Shown one piece after another: positions 46,663 to 55,662 of a DNA stretch of 64,000 nucleotides (its first letter is position 1; the number at the start of each line of letters is the position of its first letter). Location: the IMG/VR virus record IMGVR_UViG_3300017650_000009. One strand, given 5' to 3'. Both the position numbers and the translations under genes were made by a program. The DNA comes from a virus (taxonomy: Duplodnaviria; Heunggongvirae; Uroviricota; Caudoviricetes). The notes under the pieces are model-generated. The model saw nothing but the letters and a program-made list of their open reading frames with translations. It did no database searches and was not told where the DNA came from.

Positions 46663-46697
46663 CATCCTAATCCATATTCTATATTAAATATGGTAAT

Positions 46698-46737
46698 GTC
46701 CACATAGGCCAATTGGTAGAGTCATTTGGATTTGAAC
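46698..46737 (+). pseudogene. 5' half of a split tRNA (Leu-type D-arm)
   Basis: GTCCACA-TA-GGCCAATTGGTAGAGTC-A-TTTGG. Confidence 0.75.
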
Positions 46738-47318
46738 GGAGCCATGCCTCTCCACCATCCCTGTGGTATTTCATCAGTATCACAAATATATTTTGTTATA
46801 ATTCCGTTGGTTATCTTAATTCTTCCTTTTTGTGACCTAGGTGATTTGACACCTAAGCGACCTTTTCGCCAGCCCATATGAATAAACTCATCAAGAAATT
46901 CCTTTTTAATTTTCTTGTTTAGAATTCCATTGTTAATCCACAAAGAACCAAATTGTGAATTTGTGGTATCAATTTTAGATACCACATTTAATAATTCACC
47001 AGCCCGACGATAATTACCACCTTTCGGAGTTAAACCGACTTTGATTAATGCTTGTCGAATATTAGCAGTTTCTGAAATGGCACGGGTCAATGCTTCATCG
47101 GAAACAACATTTTTTGATTTATTACGTCCTCTCCATGTGTCTGTTTGACTATGACAATTTGGGCATAAAAAACGCAAATTTGAAATATCATTATTTTTAT
47201 TATTTCCATCTATGTGGTCAATTTCCAAAGTTATTGGAGCATTACACCAGGATGAAATTTTACATTTTGAACAACAATAATTATTGACTTCGAGTAATTT
47301 GGTCTTTAAGTTGGGCAT
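46722..47318 (-). mobile_element. HNH homing endonuclease
   Basis: CSKC...LEIDHIDGNNKNNDISNLRFLCPNCHSQT; C-terminal NUMOD-like repeats (WINNG, ITNG). Confidence 0.92.
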
Positions 47319-47334
47319 ATAAATATCCTTATAT

Positions 47335-47413
47335 GGGCGCGTAGGCTAATTGGTATCGCCAGGAGACTTAAAATCTCTGTTGTCTGTGAGTTCGACTCTC
47401 ACCGCGCCTACCA
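47335..47413 (+). tRNA. tRNA-Leu(TAA)
   Basis: Loop CTTAAAA, CCA. Confidence 0.88.
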
Positions 47414-47433
47414 ATCTTTTGGTATTTATAATT

Positions 47434-47468
47434 AAAAAGTGTCGGTTCGAGTCCGACTGTGGACACCA
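47434..47468 (+). pseudogene. 3' half of the split tRNA
   Basis: GTCGG-TTCGAGT-CCGAC-TGTGGAC-A-CCA; acceptor strand complements 46698-46704. Confidence 0.8.
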
Positions 47469-47480
47469 AAGGAGTTATGT

Positions 47481-48095
47481 ATGCGTGAGATATTTTTTGA
47501 AGCACCTGCCAGTTATTTCGATGAACCAACTGAAGATCATATCGAATTAACCAAAGCGTTTAGAAATCATGTTCCAATATGGATCAGAATTGATGATCCA
47601 TTTTCGAATCGCAATGGTAGTATTGGTCTCGTTACCACAGGTTATCTCGGTGGCCTTGCTTTGAATTCTAAGTATCTCACGCAACGACTCTTCCGTTCCC
47701 AATCCAATCTTTATACAAAACCAAACAATCCAGTAAGTTTTGAATTGGCATCGAATAATTTCACATGGCTCCAAGATTATACTGGCACATACAAACATGT
47801 TTTCACAAAGAAGCCTCAGCAAGTTGAGGAATGTGGCACCGATATGTTTGGTACACCTTTGCGTGTTGGTTCATTTGTAGCCGCAAGTAATGGCAAAGGG
47901 ATGATTGTTGGTAATATCAAGCAATTTAGCATCCGACGTGAGCGATGCAGGAATATCCTAGCTGAGATAAATGTGGTGCCAATGGATTCACAACCCAACT
48001 CGGTTAAAGGAAACATACGGGTTAATCTGCGGAATCTAATGGTCATAACGGACACAATTAAGACTCAAGCACTTCTTGCAAAGTTGGAAGCATAA
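47481..48095 (+). CDS. paralog family A protein
   Basis: NRNGSIGLV...WLQDYTG...DMFGTPLRVG...AKLEA. Confidence 0.7.
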   Translation: MREIFFEAPASYFDEPTEDHIELTKAFRNHVPIWIRIDDPFSNRNGSIGLVTTGYLGGLALNSKYLTQRLFRSQSNLYTKPNNPVSFELASNNFTWLQDYTGTYKHVFTKKPQQVEECGTDMFGTPLRVGSFVAASNGKGMIVGNIKQFSIRRERCRNILAEINVVPMDSQPNSVKGNIRVNLRNLMVITDTIKTQALLAKLEA

Positions 48096-48733
48096 TGGTT
48101 ACAAAGTACGATCTAACTAATAGTCGGTATGCAGCGGCATCAATTAAAAATGCTATCAATGCAGAACTTGCTAATGCTGAATGTTGGTTTGAAATTACCG
48201 ATCCCACAAGTCGTTGGTTCGGGTCGATCGGTACAATTGATATGACTGCTATTCATAACCTTTCGACGCAACGTTTCGGCAATATGCCACGATTTCGTAA
48301 TACCATGTTGGATAATCTCATGGCATCATATGGTTGTTCGCCTAAATTGGATCTAGGTAAAAGCGTTATCAGTGCAAATAACCACTTATACACTATGTCA
48401 TTGCTAGTCGGATATAATGGTCCGAAAGTTTACAATTTTGCCAAACAAACCAAGCAATCAATTCCAGCTCAATATGATCTATTGGGAACTGAAATTACAC
48501 CCGGTGCATTCGTCAGTGCAAGCGGTGGGCAGGGAATTTATTTGGGGAAAGTTGTAGAAATATTTAGGGTCAAAGCATATCATGACCAAATTCGTGTTCG
48601 TCTTGATGTGATTGTTGACCCCATAGATGGTGGTTACGTTAGTGATAAACCAACAGTTAATATTCGGAATATCATGGTCATAACACCGGATATCAAGCAG
48701 CAAGCTATGATATCAAAGCTTACTAAGCCTTAA
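48095..48733 (+). CDS. paralog family A protein
   Basis: RWFGSIGTI...DLLGTEITPG...LGKVVEI...SKLTKP. Confidence 0.7.
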   Translation: MVTKYDLTNSRYAAASIKNAINAELANAECWFEITDPTSRWFGSIGTIDMTAIHNLSTQRFGNMPRFRNTMLDNLMASYGCSPKLDLGKSVISANNHLYTMSLLVGYNGPKVYNFAKQTKQSIPAQYDLLGTEITPGAFVSASGGQGIYLGKVVEIFRVKAYHDQIRVRLDVIVDPIDGGYVSDKPTVNIRNIMVITPDIKQQAMISKLTKP

Positions 48734-48890
48734 TCTTTTTTCCTAACTCATGCGCAGGTTTGCCATCTTTGGAGACTTCGTTTCCGAATTTGGCTGCCTG
48801 TTTCTGTATCTCATCTGTCCCGACATCAACAGTTGTGTTGACTCCCTGAACAATTCGTCCCCACTCGGCTAGTATCTCATATGCTCGCAT
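48723..48890 (-). CDS. small late protein
   Basis: ATAAATA and AAGGAG upstream; MRAYEILAE...VNTTVDVG. Confidence 0.65.
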   Translation of the reverse strand: MRAYEILAEWGRIVQGVNTTVDVGTDEIQKQAAKFGNEVSKDGKPAHELGKKIKA

Positions 48891-49044
48891 TTGATTCTCC
48901 TTTTTCATATTTATTTCATAAAAAGGTTGACACAAGCAATGCCTTTTAAGCTACCAGCTATGCTAAACGAACATAACAAAATGAGTATCATTTAGTATAA
49001 ATTCTAATGTATAGGAAAACTTATACCAGATAAAGGATCACAAA

Positions 49045-49191
49045 ATGTTCAAGCAATTCCGTAATGCTCTCGCTGTTCACGCTCGTCGTCGTCGTACTTA
49101 CCAGGAACTCTCCCGCCTAAGCGACCGCGAACTAAATGATATTGGTATCGCTCGTGGTGAAATTCGCCGTGTGCTCAATGATATCCGCTAA
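49045..49191 (+). CDS. DUF1127 (YjiS-like) small protein, not in the ORF track
   Basis: RRRTYQELSRLSDRELNDIGIARGEI; AAGGA SD; downstream hairpin terminator. Confidence 0.9.
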   Translation: MFKQFRNALAVHARRRRTYQELSRLSDRELNDIGIARGEIRRVLNDIR

Positions 49192-49488
49192 TCATTAGGT
49201 CTGTCAGTTATTTGGGTAACTGACAGACTTACCATATGTGGTTGACAACAATCAAAACTATGTTATATGTGGAATATGGAAAGTAGGAAGCTTTACTTGC
49301 AATGCTAGCGGACGTCGACTTATGCGAGCGGAGGAGTAAGCCAAATATGATCCTAGAGAGGACTTGGTCAGGCGCAACCCGCAAAGGTCGACCGCGCGAA
49401 TAGGGGTTCAATTCCCCTTGCAGTTTAGGAAATCGTCTAAACTGTCTTGGACAGAGGGTTCAATTCCCACTCTTCTCGAACGTAATAT

Positions 49489-49568
49489 GGATTGGGTCGT
49501 CTAAGAGCGTGAGGACACACTGTCGGAGTACGGTGAGATGCAAGTTCGAATCTTGTTCCAATCCCCCA
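49489..49568 (+). pseudogene. tRNA-like element with C73 and aberrant anticodon loop
   Basis: GGATTGG/CCAATCC-C-CCA; T-arm; loop TCGGAGTA. Confidence 0.55.
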
Positions 49569-49570
49569 AT

Positions 49571-49658
49571 GGATGGGTAGCCTAGTCAGGTCAAGGCAGC
49601 AGACTTTTAATCTGCCGGTAATTTACCATCGCGGGTTCGAATCCCGCCCCATTCACCA
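49571..49658 (+). tRNA. tRNA-Lys(TTT) with long variable arm
   Basis: Loop CTTTTAA; GGTA/TACC variable stem; CCA. Confidence 0.85.
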
Positions 49659-49659
49659 A

Positions 49660-49700
49660 TAAGCCGAAGGTCCTGGGTTCAAATCCCAGAGGGTATACCA
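49660..49700 (+). pseudogene. orphan tRNA 3' half
   Basis: TAA-GCCG-AAGGTC-CTGGG-TTCAAAT-CCCAG-AGGGTAT-A-CCA. Confidence 0.75.
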
Positions 49701-49703
49701 ATT

Positions 49704-50045
49704 TTGGAAAGGATGGTAAACATGCAACCAATGGGACTACATGAGTATAAAGCTTGGAGAGCTTCTCTTGTCCCATTACGTGTGAATACCGTCCTTGAAT
49801 GGATTCATACCGAACCATATCATGGTTTAACCAAGGCATATGATATCCATTCGGGCCATTGTTATTTGGTCAAAAAGATTCAGGAACCAATTGGTTCTCG
49901 CTATGATGGCACAGATGCTAGTAAGGTATATGTGTTGGTGAAATGTTCACGTAAAGGCAAGGAATCAAAAAAGCGGCAATACTTGACTGTTGAAGCAGTT
50001 GCTCGCATGTTGATGAATAACCAATTCAAAGTGATTCCCTGGTAA
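49704..50045 (+). CDS. hypothetical protein
   Basis: ORF in strand context; start uncertain. Confidence 0.5.
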   Translation: MERMVNMQPMGLHEYKAWRASLVPLRVNTVLEWIHTEPYHGLTKAYDIHSGHCYLVKKIQEPIGSRYDGTDASKVYVLVKCSRKGKESKKRQYLTVEAVARMLMNNQFKVIPW

Positions 50046-50046
50046 A

Positions 50047-50526
50047 ATGTTCAACCCAGTTATTAAACCAAAGATAGCCAAAGGTTTCAACTTCTCACGT
50101 ATGAGTGGTAGAAATCTTATTCGTGTTGAAGATCCACTTGTTGGGTTTGATATCAAGCATACCGGTGTCAGACCATTCGCATCTAAATTTGCAAATGCTA
50201 GTGGCGATTTACTAACCTTACGTCGGTTACTCACTGATACAAATGCTGATCCTGTTTCAATGTTTCAAAAGCAAATTACTCATAGTGAACCCGGAGAATT
50301 CTTTGACTTCAAATGTTATGGTGTTGTTTTCAGAGGATTGCGGTTTGTTGTTGTCACTGAAACAAAGCAAACATTCAAAGATAAATCCGACGAAGCTGTG
50401 CCCTACTGTTCTATTCCCGGAATAAAACCATATGGAATATCGGTGCAATCAAATACACGTTGTTGGTATCCCGATAACCAATTGTATCGTAATATGATAA
50501 CTGAATTCAAACTCGGATACCTTTGA
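50047..50526 (+). CDS. hypothetical protein (FKL tail)
   Basis: Ends MITEFKLGYL. Confidence 0.6.
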   Translation: MFNPVIKPKIAKGFNFSRMSGRNLIRVEDPLVGFDIKHTGVRPFASKFANASGDLLTLRRLLTDTNADPVSMFQKQITHSEPGEFFDFKCYGVVFRGLRFVVVTETKQTFKDKSDEAVPYCSIPGIKPYGISVQSNTRCWYPDNQLYRNMITEFKLGYL

Positions 50527-50723
50527 TGGAACTCACCCAAGATCAACAACGATTCGTTGATGATGCAATTCGGATACAAATGTAAAAACACGGGTGAAAC
50601 AAAATTTTTCACTCGCATGTGGTGCAACAATGATCCAATAGCTCGCCGTGTAATATTGGAATTGAAATTTTTATTGTCATAGCGGTTGACAGTTCTGGAT
50701 TAATAAGTTATAACATGGATAAT

Positions 50724-50799
50724 GCGCTTATAGCTCAGTTGGTAGAGCAGGGATCTCTAAAATCTTTTGTCGTCGGTTCGAGCCCGACTAAGCGCACCA
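50724..50799 (+). tRNA. amber suppressor tRNA (anticodon CTA)
   Basis: GGGAT-CTCTAAA-ATCTT; otherwise canonical 76-nt cloverleaf, A73, CCA; own promoter. Confidence 0.9.
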
Positions 50800-50808
50800 A
50801 AACAGTTT

Positions 50809-50958
50809 GGACTAATGTGGCAGTCAGATAAGAGAGAAAAAACGTCTGTTGCTACTACGGCTAGAATTTGAGTACCCACCCCAGCGGTAGTTAGGTAAGA
50901 GGGAAAGAAGCGTTCGGGCTACTACGGCCCTGGAATGAAGTATCCGCCACATTAGTTC
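50809..50958 (+). ncRNA. structured RNA of unknown family
   Basis: 13-bp GGACTAATGTGGC/GCCACATTAGTTC stem. Confidence 0.55.
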
Positions 50959-50965
50959 TACCCTA

Positions 50966-51138
50966 TCTGAGGTGCACTCTACCTGAAAGATGGCGGCTGC
51001 GGCCGAGAGTGCAAGATATAGCGATGGACGCCCCAGTGAAAGGAACTCGCCAATCGTGATGCATTAGGTGCATCTTGCCTGGTTGATAGCCAGAGACAGG
51101 TTGACTGGACGCAAGAGCTGAATAACAGCCGCCTCAGA
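50966..51138 (+). ncRNA. structured, probably pseudoknotted RNA
   Basis: TCTGAGG/CCTCAGA; CACTCT/AGAGTG; GGCGGCTG/CAGCCGCC. Confidence 0.55.
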
Positions 51139-51371
51139 CAAATAATGGTTGACACCCCATCGGACGGTGTTAAAACGCAATGAATAGCTCGGAAACGGGT
51201 CTTGCTAAACTGGCAGCTCTAACGCTTAGGTTAGTTGGGTCAGGTAAGATTACGCCCTGGTACAGGTTATTCGGAAATATGGTCCGCTCTTGGCGGTGAT
51301 TCGTTTAACCAAGTACAAGAGCTCCAACGTAACAAGGTCTCCTTTGGGGGAGATGATAAAGGAGACAAGAT

Positions 51372-51698
51372 ATGGGTTTGACGACCGAAGACAAGATTCT
51401 GATTGAACAGCGCGTGACGAACGATGCGAAGAGCGCCGGCATTGCATATGCGTTGTGGTTCTTCATTGGATGGGCAGGTGCTCATCGCTTTTATTTGGGC
51501 CGTTCCGGTTCTGCAATTGCGATGCTGGCTTTGTCAATCATCGGTTTCATCACTGCATTCATCGGCGTCGGGCTCGTGTTGCTGCTCGTGGTCGGAATTT
51601 GGGCACTTGTTGACGCATTCCTGATTCCAGGAATTGTACGCGAAGACAAGGAAGCTCTTCGTACAAAGCTCCAGAGTGAAGCTCTGGTAGCGAAGTAA
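51372..51698 (+). CDS. TM2-domain membrane protein
   Basis: KSAGIAYALWFFIGWAGAHRFYLGR...WALVDAFLIPG. Confidence 0.9.
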   Translation: MGLTTEDKILIEQRVTNDAKSAGIAYALWFFIGWAGAHRFYLGRSGSAIAMLALSIIGFITAFIGVGLVLLLVVGIWALVDAFLIPGIVREDKEALRTKLQSEALVAK

Positions 51699-51844
51699 GT
51701 ATTGGTTCACTCGCGGGTATTCCTCCTAAAAGGGTTTATGTCGAGTGACTAGTGCATGAAGTATTGGCGGAAAGATTCGACTCAGTTGTGATCTGCCTTT
51801 AACTCTTGCAGCCAATACGGTGGGGAACAAAATTCCCCACCTTT

Positions 51845-51930
51845 GGTGGATATGACAAATGGGGAGTCCGGCCGCTCATAACGGTCCGCCCGAAGGGGCC
51901 GAGCCAGTTCGATTCTGGCATCCACTACCA
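51845..51930 (+). tRNA. tRNA-Met/Ile2(CAT) with long variable arm
   Basis: Loop CTCATAA; GCCC-GAAG-GGGC arm; CCA. Confidence 0.85.
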
Positions 51931-51946
51931 AATTAAGGAGAAGCGA

Positions 51947-52360
51947 ATGGAAGTCTTGCGTAAACGTGGTCACTATGTGAGTGTGCTATCGTGGGAAAAC
52001 GATGCAGACGAATACAACACCAAAGCAAAGCATTTGTTCGGCCTTGAAGAAGCAAAGCTTCTTGTTGAATTCGTCAAGCTGTTTCGGAGCAAGCATGAAG
52101 GTGGTATCGGCAATCTCATTGAGTGGTTCGAAGATGAAATCGAAGAAGCTAACGAGAAGCTTGTTGAGTTCTTCCAGCATTATCCAACATTTGGCGAAAC
52201 GTTCAATGTTACGCCGAGCATCGATGGTGTGAGCTCGTTGCTTTACGATCTCGGCCTTAGAAATGAAAACTTTGCGACACGTGTTGCTGAAAAGGTAGAA
52301 ATACAATACGTGCCTGAGGATCATCTATACGAGTTGATTGAAAGTATTAGTATGGATTAA
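51947..52360 (+). CDS. hypothetical protein
   Basis: AAGGAG SD; VLSWENDADEYNT. Confidence 0.7.
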   Translation: MEVLRKRGHYVSVLSWENDADEYNTKAKHLFGLEEAKLLVEFVKLFRSKHEGGIGNLIEWFEDEIEEANEKLVEFFQHYPTFGETFNVTPSIDGVSSLLYDLGLRNENFATRVAEKVEIQYVPEDHLYELIESISMD

Positions 52361-52512
52361 AACAATCCCAGTAGTGTGGGGTTGGGCGGACTTAACTAAG
52401 TAGGTAATCACTCCGACTAGGGACGTCTATAGTGCTATGTTGGGTTTGGGCATGATCTTGGTTTTATATTGCAGGAATGACCCTCTCTTGATATCACCGC
52501 TATAATATGGGC

Positions 52513-52708
52513 AATTATGGAAGTTTCGTTGCGAAGGGAAGCCCGAAGTGCACCGGGTGAAACGGCTGCGTAATATAGATGAACAATTGTAGGCTATAAG
52601 ACATTAGATGTCGAATACAGGCAATTGCCGAAGCTTGGTTGCAAGGGGCTAGACTTGGAATCTAGTTTTCCGAAGGTGTGGGACGTGAGAGGAAACCCAC
52701 CCATAATT
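52513..52708 (+). ncRNA. unknown RNA family, copy 2
   Basis: AATTATGG/CCATAATT stem; 3' motif GGTGTGGGACGTGAGAGGAAACCCACC. Confidence 0.65.
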
Positions 52709-52758
52709 ACGGGAGTAGGTAGGAAACTATCTACTCCTTGTCCATTATAGGAGTTCAA

Positions 52759-53103
52759 ATGAAATTAGAAATCGACATTAAAGCGAATCATCTTTCTATA
52801 TTTGAGTTGGATCCTCAATCTCATAAACACAAATATATTGCGATTTTCAAACTTATATCTGGGTATTCATACGCTTTTAATATAAATGTGAAAACAAAAA
52901 GCTGGGAACCCATCAATGGTGAATTTGCCAAAGTTCTTGCACATTTGGATTCCCAAGATGGTTTCCAAATTGATTTAACAAACATGGAGAAACCAACCTT
53001 ATTCAAAGATTCAAAACTGTTTAGGGGTCAAGTACAAGTCAGAGATCCAGTCATGTATATACGGGATGATCATTGGCTTAACATTCTCAGGCTATCAGTA
53101 TGA
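52759..53103 (+). CDS. hypothetical protein (LRL tail)
   Basis: AGGAG SD; ends HWLNILRLSV. Confidence 0.6.
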   Translation: MKLEIDIKANHLSIFELDPQSHKHKYIAIFKLISGYSYAFNINVKTKSWEPINGEFAKVLAHLDSQDGFQIDLTNMEKPTLFKDSKLFRGQVQVRDPVMYIRDDHWLNILRLSV

Positions 53104-53444
53104 ATCCTTGTGGTGAAATATTCCTGTCTAATACCAATCCATTTGAGGTTGTCGTCGCGGAATTGGATCCCGATCTCAATTACGGATACCGATTTATGGT
53201 ATATTTCCGTGGCGAGGATTCAGGACATGACACATATGAGGTGGAAACCAAAATGTGGCATATGGATGGCAAACGAAAAGTTGAAGCATTTGATATTGCA
53301 AGTGGATTCAAAAATTGCTATTGTGATACACAACAAGTTATGTCATTCGTGATTCTTGTCGATGGCAAGAGGATTAATACAGAGTTTGCAAAAATTCTTG
53401 TTGAGGATCGTGATACCCTAGTACAATTGAAATTGAGTTTCTAA
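53100..53444 (+). CDS. hypothetical protein (LKL tail)
   Basis: ATGA overlap; shares INGEFAK/INTEFAK with the previous gene. Confidence 0.6.
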   Translation: MNPCGEIFLSNTNPFEVVVAELDPDLNYGYRFMVYFRGEDSGHDTYEVETKMWHMDGKRKVEAFDIASGFKNCYCDTQQVMSFVILVDGKRINTEFAKILVEDRDTLVQLKLSF

Positions 53445-53452
53445 TTGGTATT

Positions 53453-53528
53453 GGCTACTTAGCTCAACCGGAAGAGCAACGGCCTTCTAAGCCGTAGGTT
53501 AGGGGTTCGAGTCCCTTAGTAGTCGCCA
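53453..53528 (+). tRNA. tRNA-Arg(TCT)
   Basis: Cloverleaf, CCA. Confidence 0.95.
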
Positions 53529-53530
53529 AT

Positions 53531-53700
53531 GCGCTGATAGTTTAATGGTAGAATACCGACTTCGGTAAACCGCGAGGAGCCGCTGCATCAATGGAAACAT
53601 ATGGGATCAGACCTCCCAAGTTTTCGATGTTGGTTGGGTCGGAGGAGCGAAAAATGTTATGGTCTGATAACGATAGGTTCGAATCCCGCTCGGCGCACTA
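53531..53700 (+). ncRNA. tRNA scaffold with 77-nt anticodon-domain insertion and kissing loops
   Basis: GCGCTGA/TCGGCGC acceptor, intact D-arm, CCGAC/GTCGG stem, TTCGAAT loop. Confidence 0.65.
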
Positions 53701-54141
53701 ATGGAGAGATATGATGATTACAGAAAAGCAGGTTATCGACTCATACACGCATGTCTTGCGATTACAGCAACGTCGGATGCAAATTGAAGCCAAGCTGCAG
53801 GACGAAACGCCGTTGCAAGCGGACGAACGTATTGGTGCACAATCCGATCATGCAAATTTGGAGTTGCGTTATCTAGCGCAATACACGTAATGCGGTTTGG
53901 TGTTCTTGTTGTAGATCCACCGGGTGGTTGGAAATATGGATTCCCTAAAGTATGTCCGTTATCGCCAACCGCAACCGAAGAAGATTTTAATCGCTGGTAT
54001 CTAAGTGAGGGATATCCAAAGTCGGAGATAAAAAATATTAATTGGGGGCGTTCTTGGTATCAACAAATTGATGTCGATCTATTAGAGCATGAAAAAATAT
54101 TTGACAAAGTCCAACAGGATAATGTATAAATAGACAACAAT

Positions 54142-54230
54142 GGGTAGTTAACTCGGGCGGCCCCGGGCGCAGTCTTGAAAACTGATGGTACCGTAAAACG
54201 TATGGCGATCGACACGTCAGCTACCCGCCA
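54142..54230 (+). tRNA. tRNA-Ser(TGA), T-loop ATCGACA
   Basis: Long variable arm, G73, CCA; TATAAATA upstream. Confidence 0.88.
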
Positions 54231-54409
54231 AACATCGGAGATTAACTTGAACGAACAAATAATTTTGGGCTTTGGTACATTAGCTGTTGCCCTTTTGCTT
54301 TTAGCCGTGCTACAAGTTAAATCTCATAGATTTATACGAGAAAGACGTCGTGAGGAAAAGGATGATTGTAATGCCTGATCCAATACAAATCTAAACTGGT
54401 TAAGAATGA

Positions 54410-54486
54410 ATCTGCGTAGCTCAATTGGTTAGAGCAGTACCCTCATAAGGTAAAGGTTGGTGGTTCAAGTCCACTCGTAGATACCA
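54410..54486 (+). tRNA. tRNA-Met/Ile2(CAT)
   Basis: Cloverleaf, CCA. Confidence 0.92.
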
Positions 54487-54711
54487 ATGATAGACCCGAC
54501 GGGGTCATGTCGGGAGATTGGATCTCCTATGTTGTGCAGCGGGGATATGCGGCCCCAACTGATTAGGTTCGACTCCTATTCGGGCAAGCGTTAGGGCAAA
54601 ACAACATTGTGCAAAGGGCGTAGCGCGTTTACGCCCTTTTTGTACCTTTACTTTTCTAGGAATCCAAGCTATAATAGTTCAGCGGGCGGCGAATTCGTAT
54701 GGGAGATACGT

Positions 54712-55260
54712 ATGGTCGAACTAGCATTGGATGCACACCTGAGGGAGTTCCGAAACAAGGATCCCAAAGCTGCAATACAGGATTTTTCCACCTACATAGA
54801 TAAACTTTGTGAGGGAAAGCGCTTTCCAAAGTGGCGTGAATTTTTCGATGAAGATAATTTCTCACCTGTCGAACTAGACACAATACGCTTACTTATGGAT
54901 GGAACTCTAACTTGTGCGGTGGAAATCCCATGGCAATACGAACATATCAACGAGCACAAATTTCTCCGAGCAATGGAAGAATCCCTAACGCATTTGCTTG
55001 CGGAAAAAGGTCTTCCCTATATGTTCGAGACACAAACCATCCTAGCAATGCGGCATTTATCAACCGGATATGTAGAATCCAAATTGAAATTCCTGTGGGA
55101 CGTAATCATTCGGGATGGCGAATTTGTTCCACTCGACCTGCATGATCGAATATCGTTGGTGAAGATATTTGCGTTAATTCACCTATTGGAAATGGAATTT
55201 AGTCTTGACACAGAACAGTTATCTACTATTATGGTCTGGAAGATGCAATTGGATAGTTAA
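54712..55260 (+). CDS. hypothetical protein
   Basis: GGGAG SD; stop overlaps tRNA-Ser. Confidence 0.6.
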   Translation: MVELALDAHLREFRNKDPKAAIQDFSTYIDKLCEGKRFPKWREFFDEDNFSPVELDTIRLLMDGTLTCAVEIPWQYEHINEHKFLRAMEESLTHLLAEKGLPYMFETQTILAMRHLSTGYVESKLKFLWDVIIRDGEFVPLDLHDRISLVKIFALIHLLEMEFSLDTEQLSTIMVWKMQLDS

Positions 55261-55336
55261 CCCATAGGGTTTGGGCACTGATTCGAAATCAGATGAGACC
55301 GCAAGGTTAGGGGTTCGAGTCCTCAGCTATCCGCCA
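55251..55336 (+). tRNA. tRNA-Ser(CGA)
   Basis: Loop TTCGAAA, long variable arm, G73, CCA. Confidence 0.88.
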
Positions 55337-55662
55337 AACAGAGGGATAGCCAGTGCAAGAGTTTCTTACATATTCGTTGCAAGCAACGATAGTAGCGATG
55401 GGTTCGTTTTGTCTCGCGTACGGACTCATTCGCCAACTAACTCCTCATCGTAAAAAGCCGTATAAGTGGTTCAAATGATCTCACTTATCCTGGCTTTATC
55501 TGTTTCAACTGTAAGTCCTCTTGATCGTATAGAGACTCCTCATTTGGAATCCTTATGGTTCTGGGCACATTCCGGATGCATAAGTCAACAACACCTGCAG
55601 TTCAAACCGTATTGTGAAATCCAAAATGATATTGAGGTCATTTTACGTGAAAGACAAGCACG

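Noticed and set aside
52513-52630. RNase P RNA (TAGATGAA segment; also GAGGAAAG near 33557)
   Set aside because: The paired conserved regions GAGGAAAGUCC and AGAACCCGGCU, and the P4 pseudoknot, are not both present in either element.
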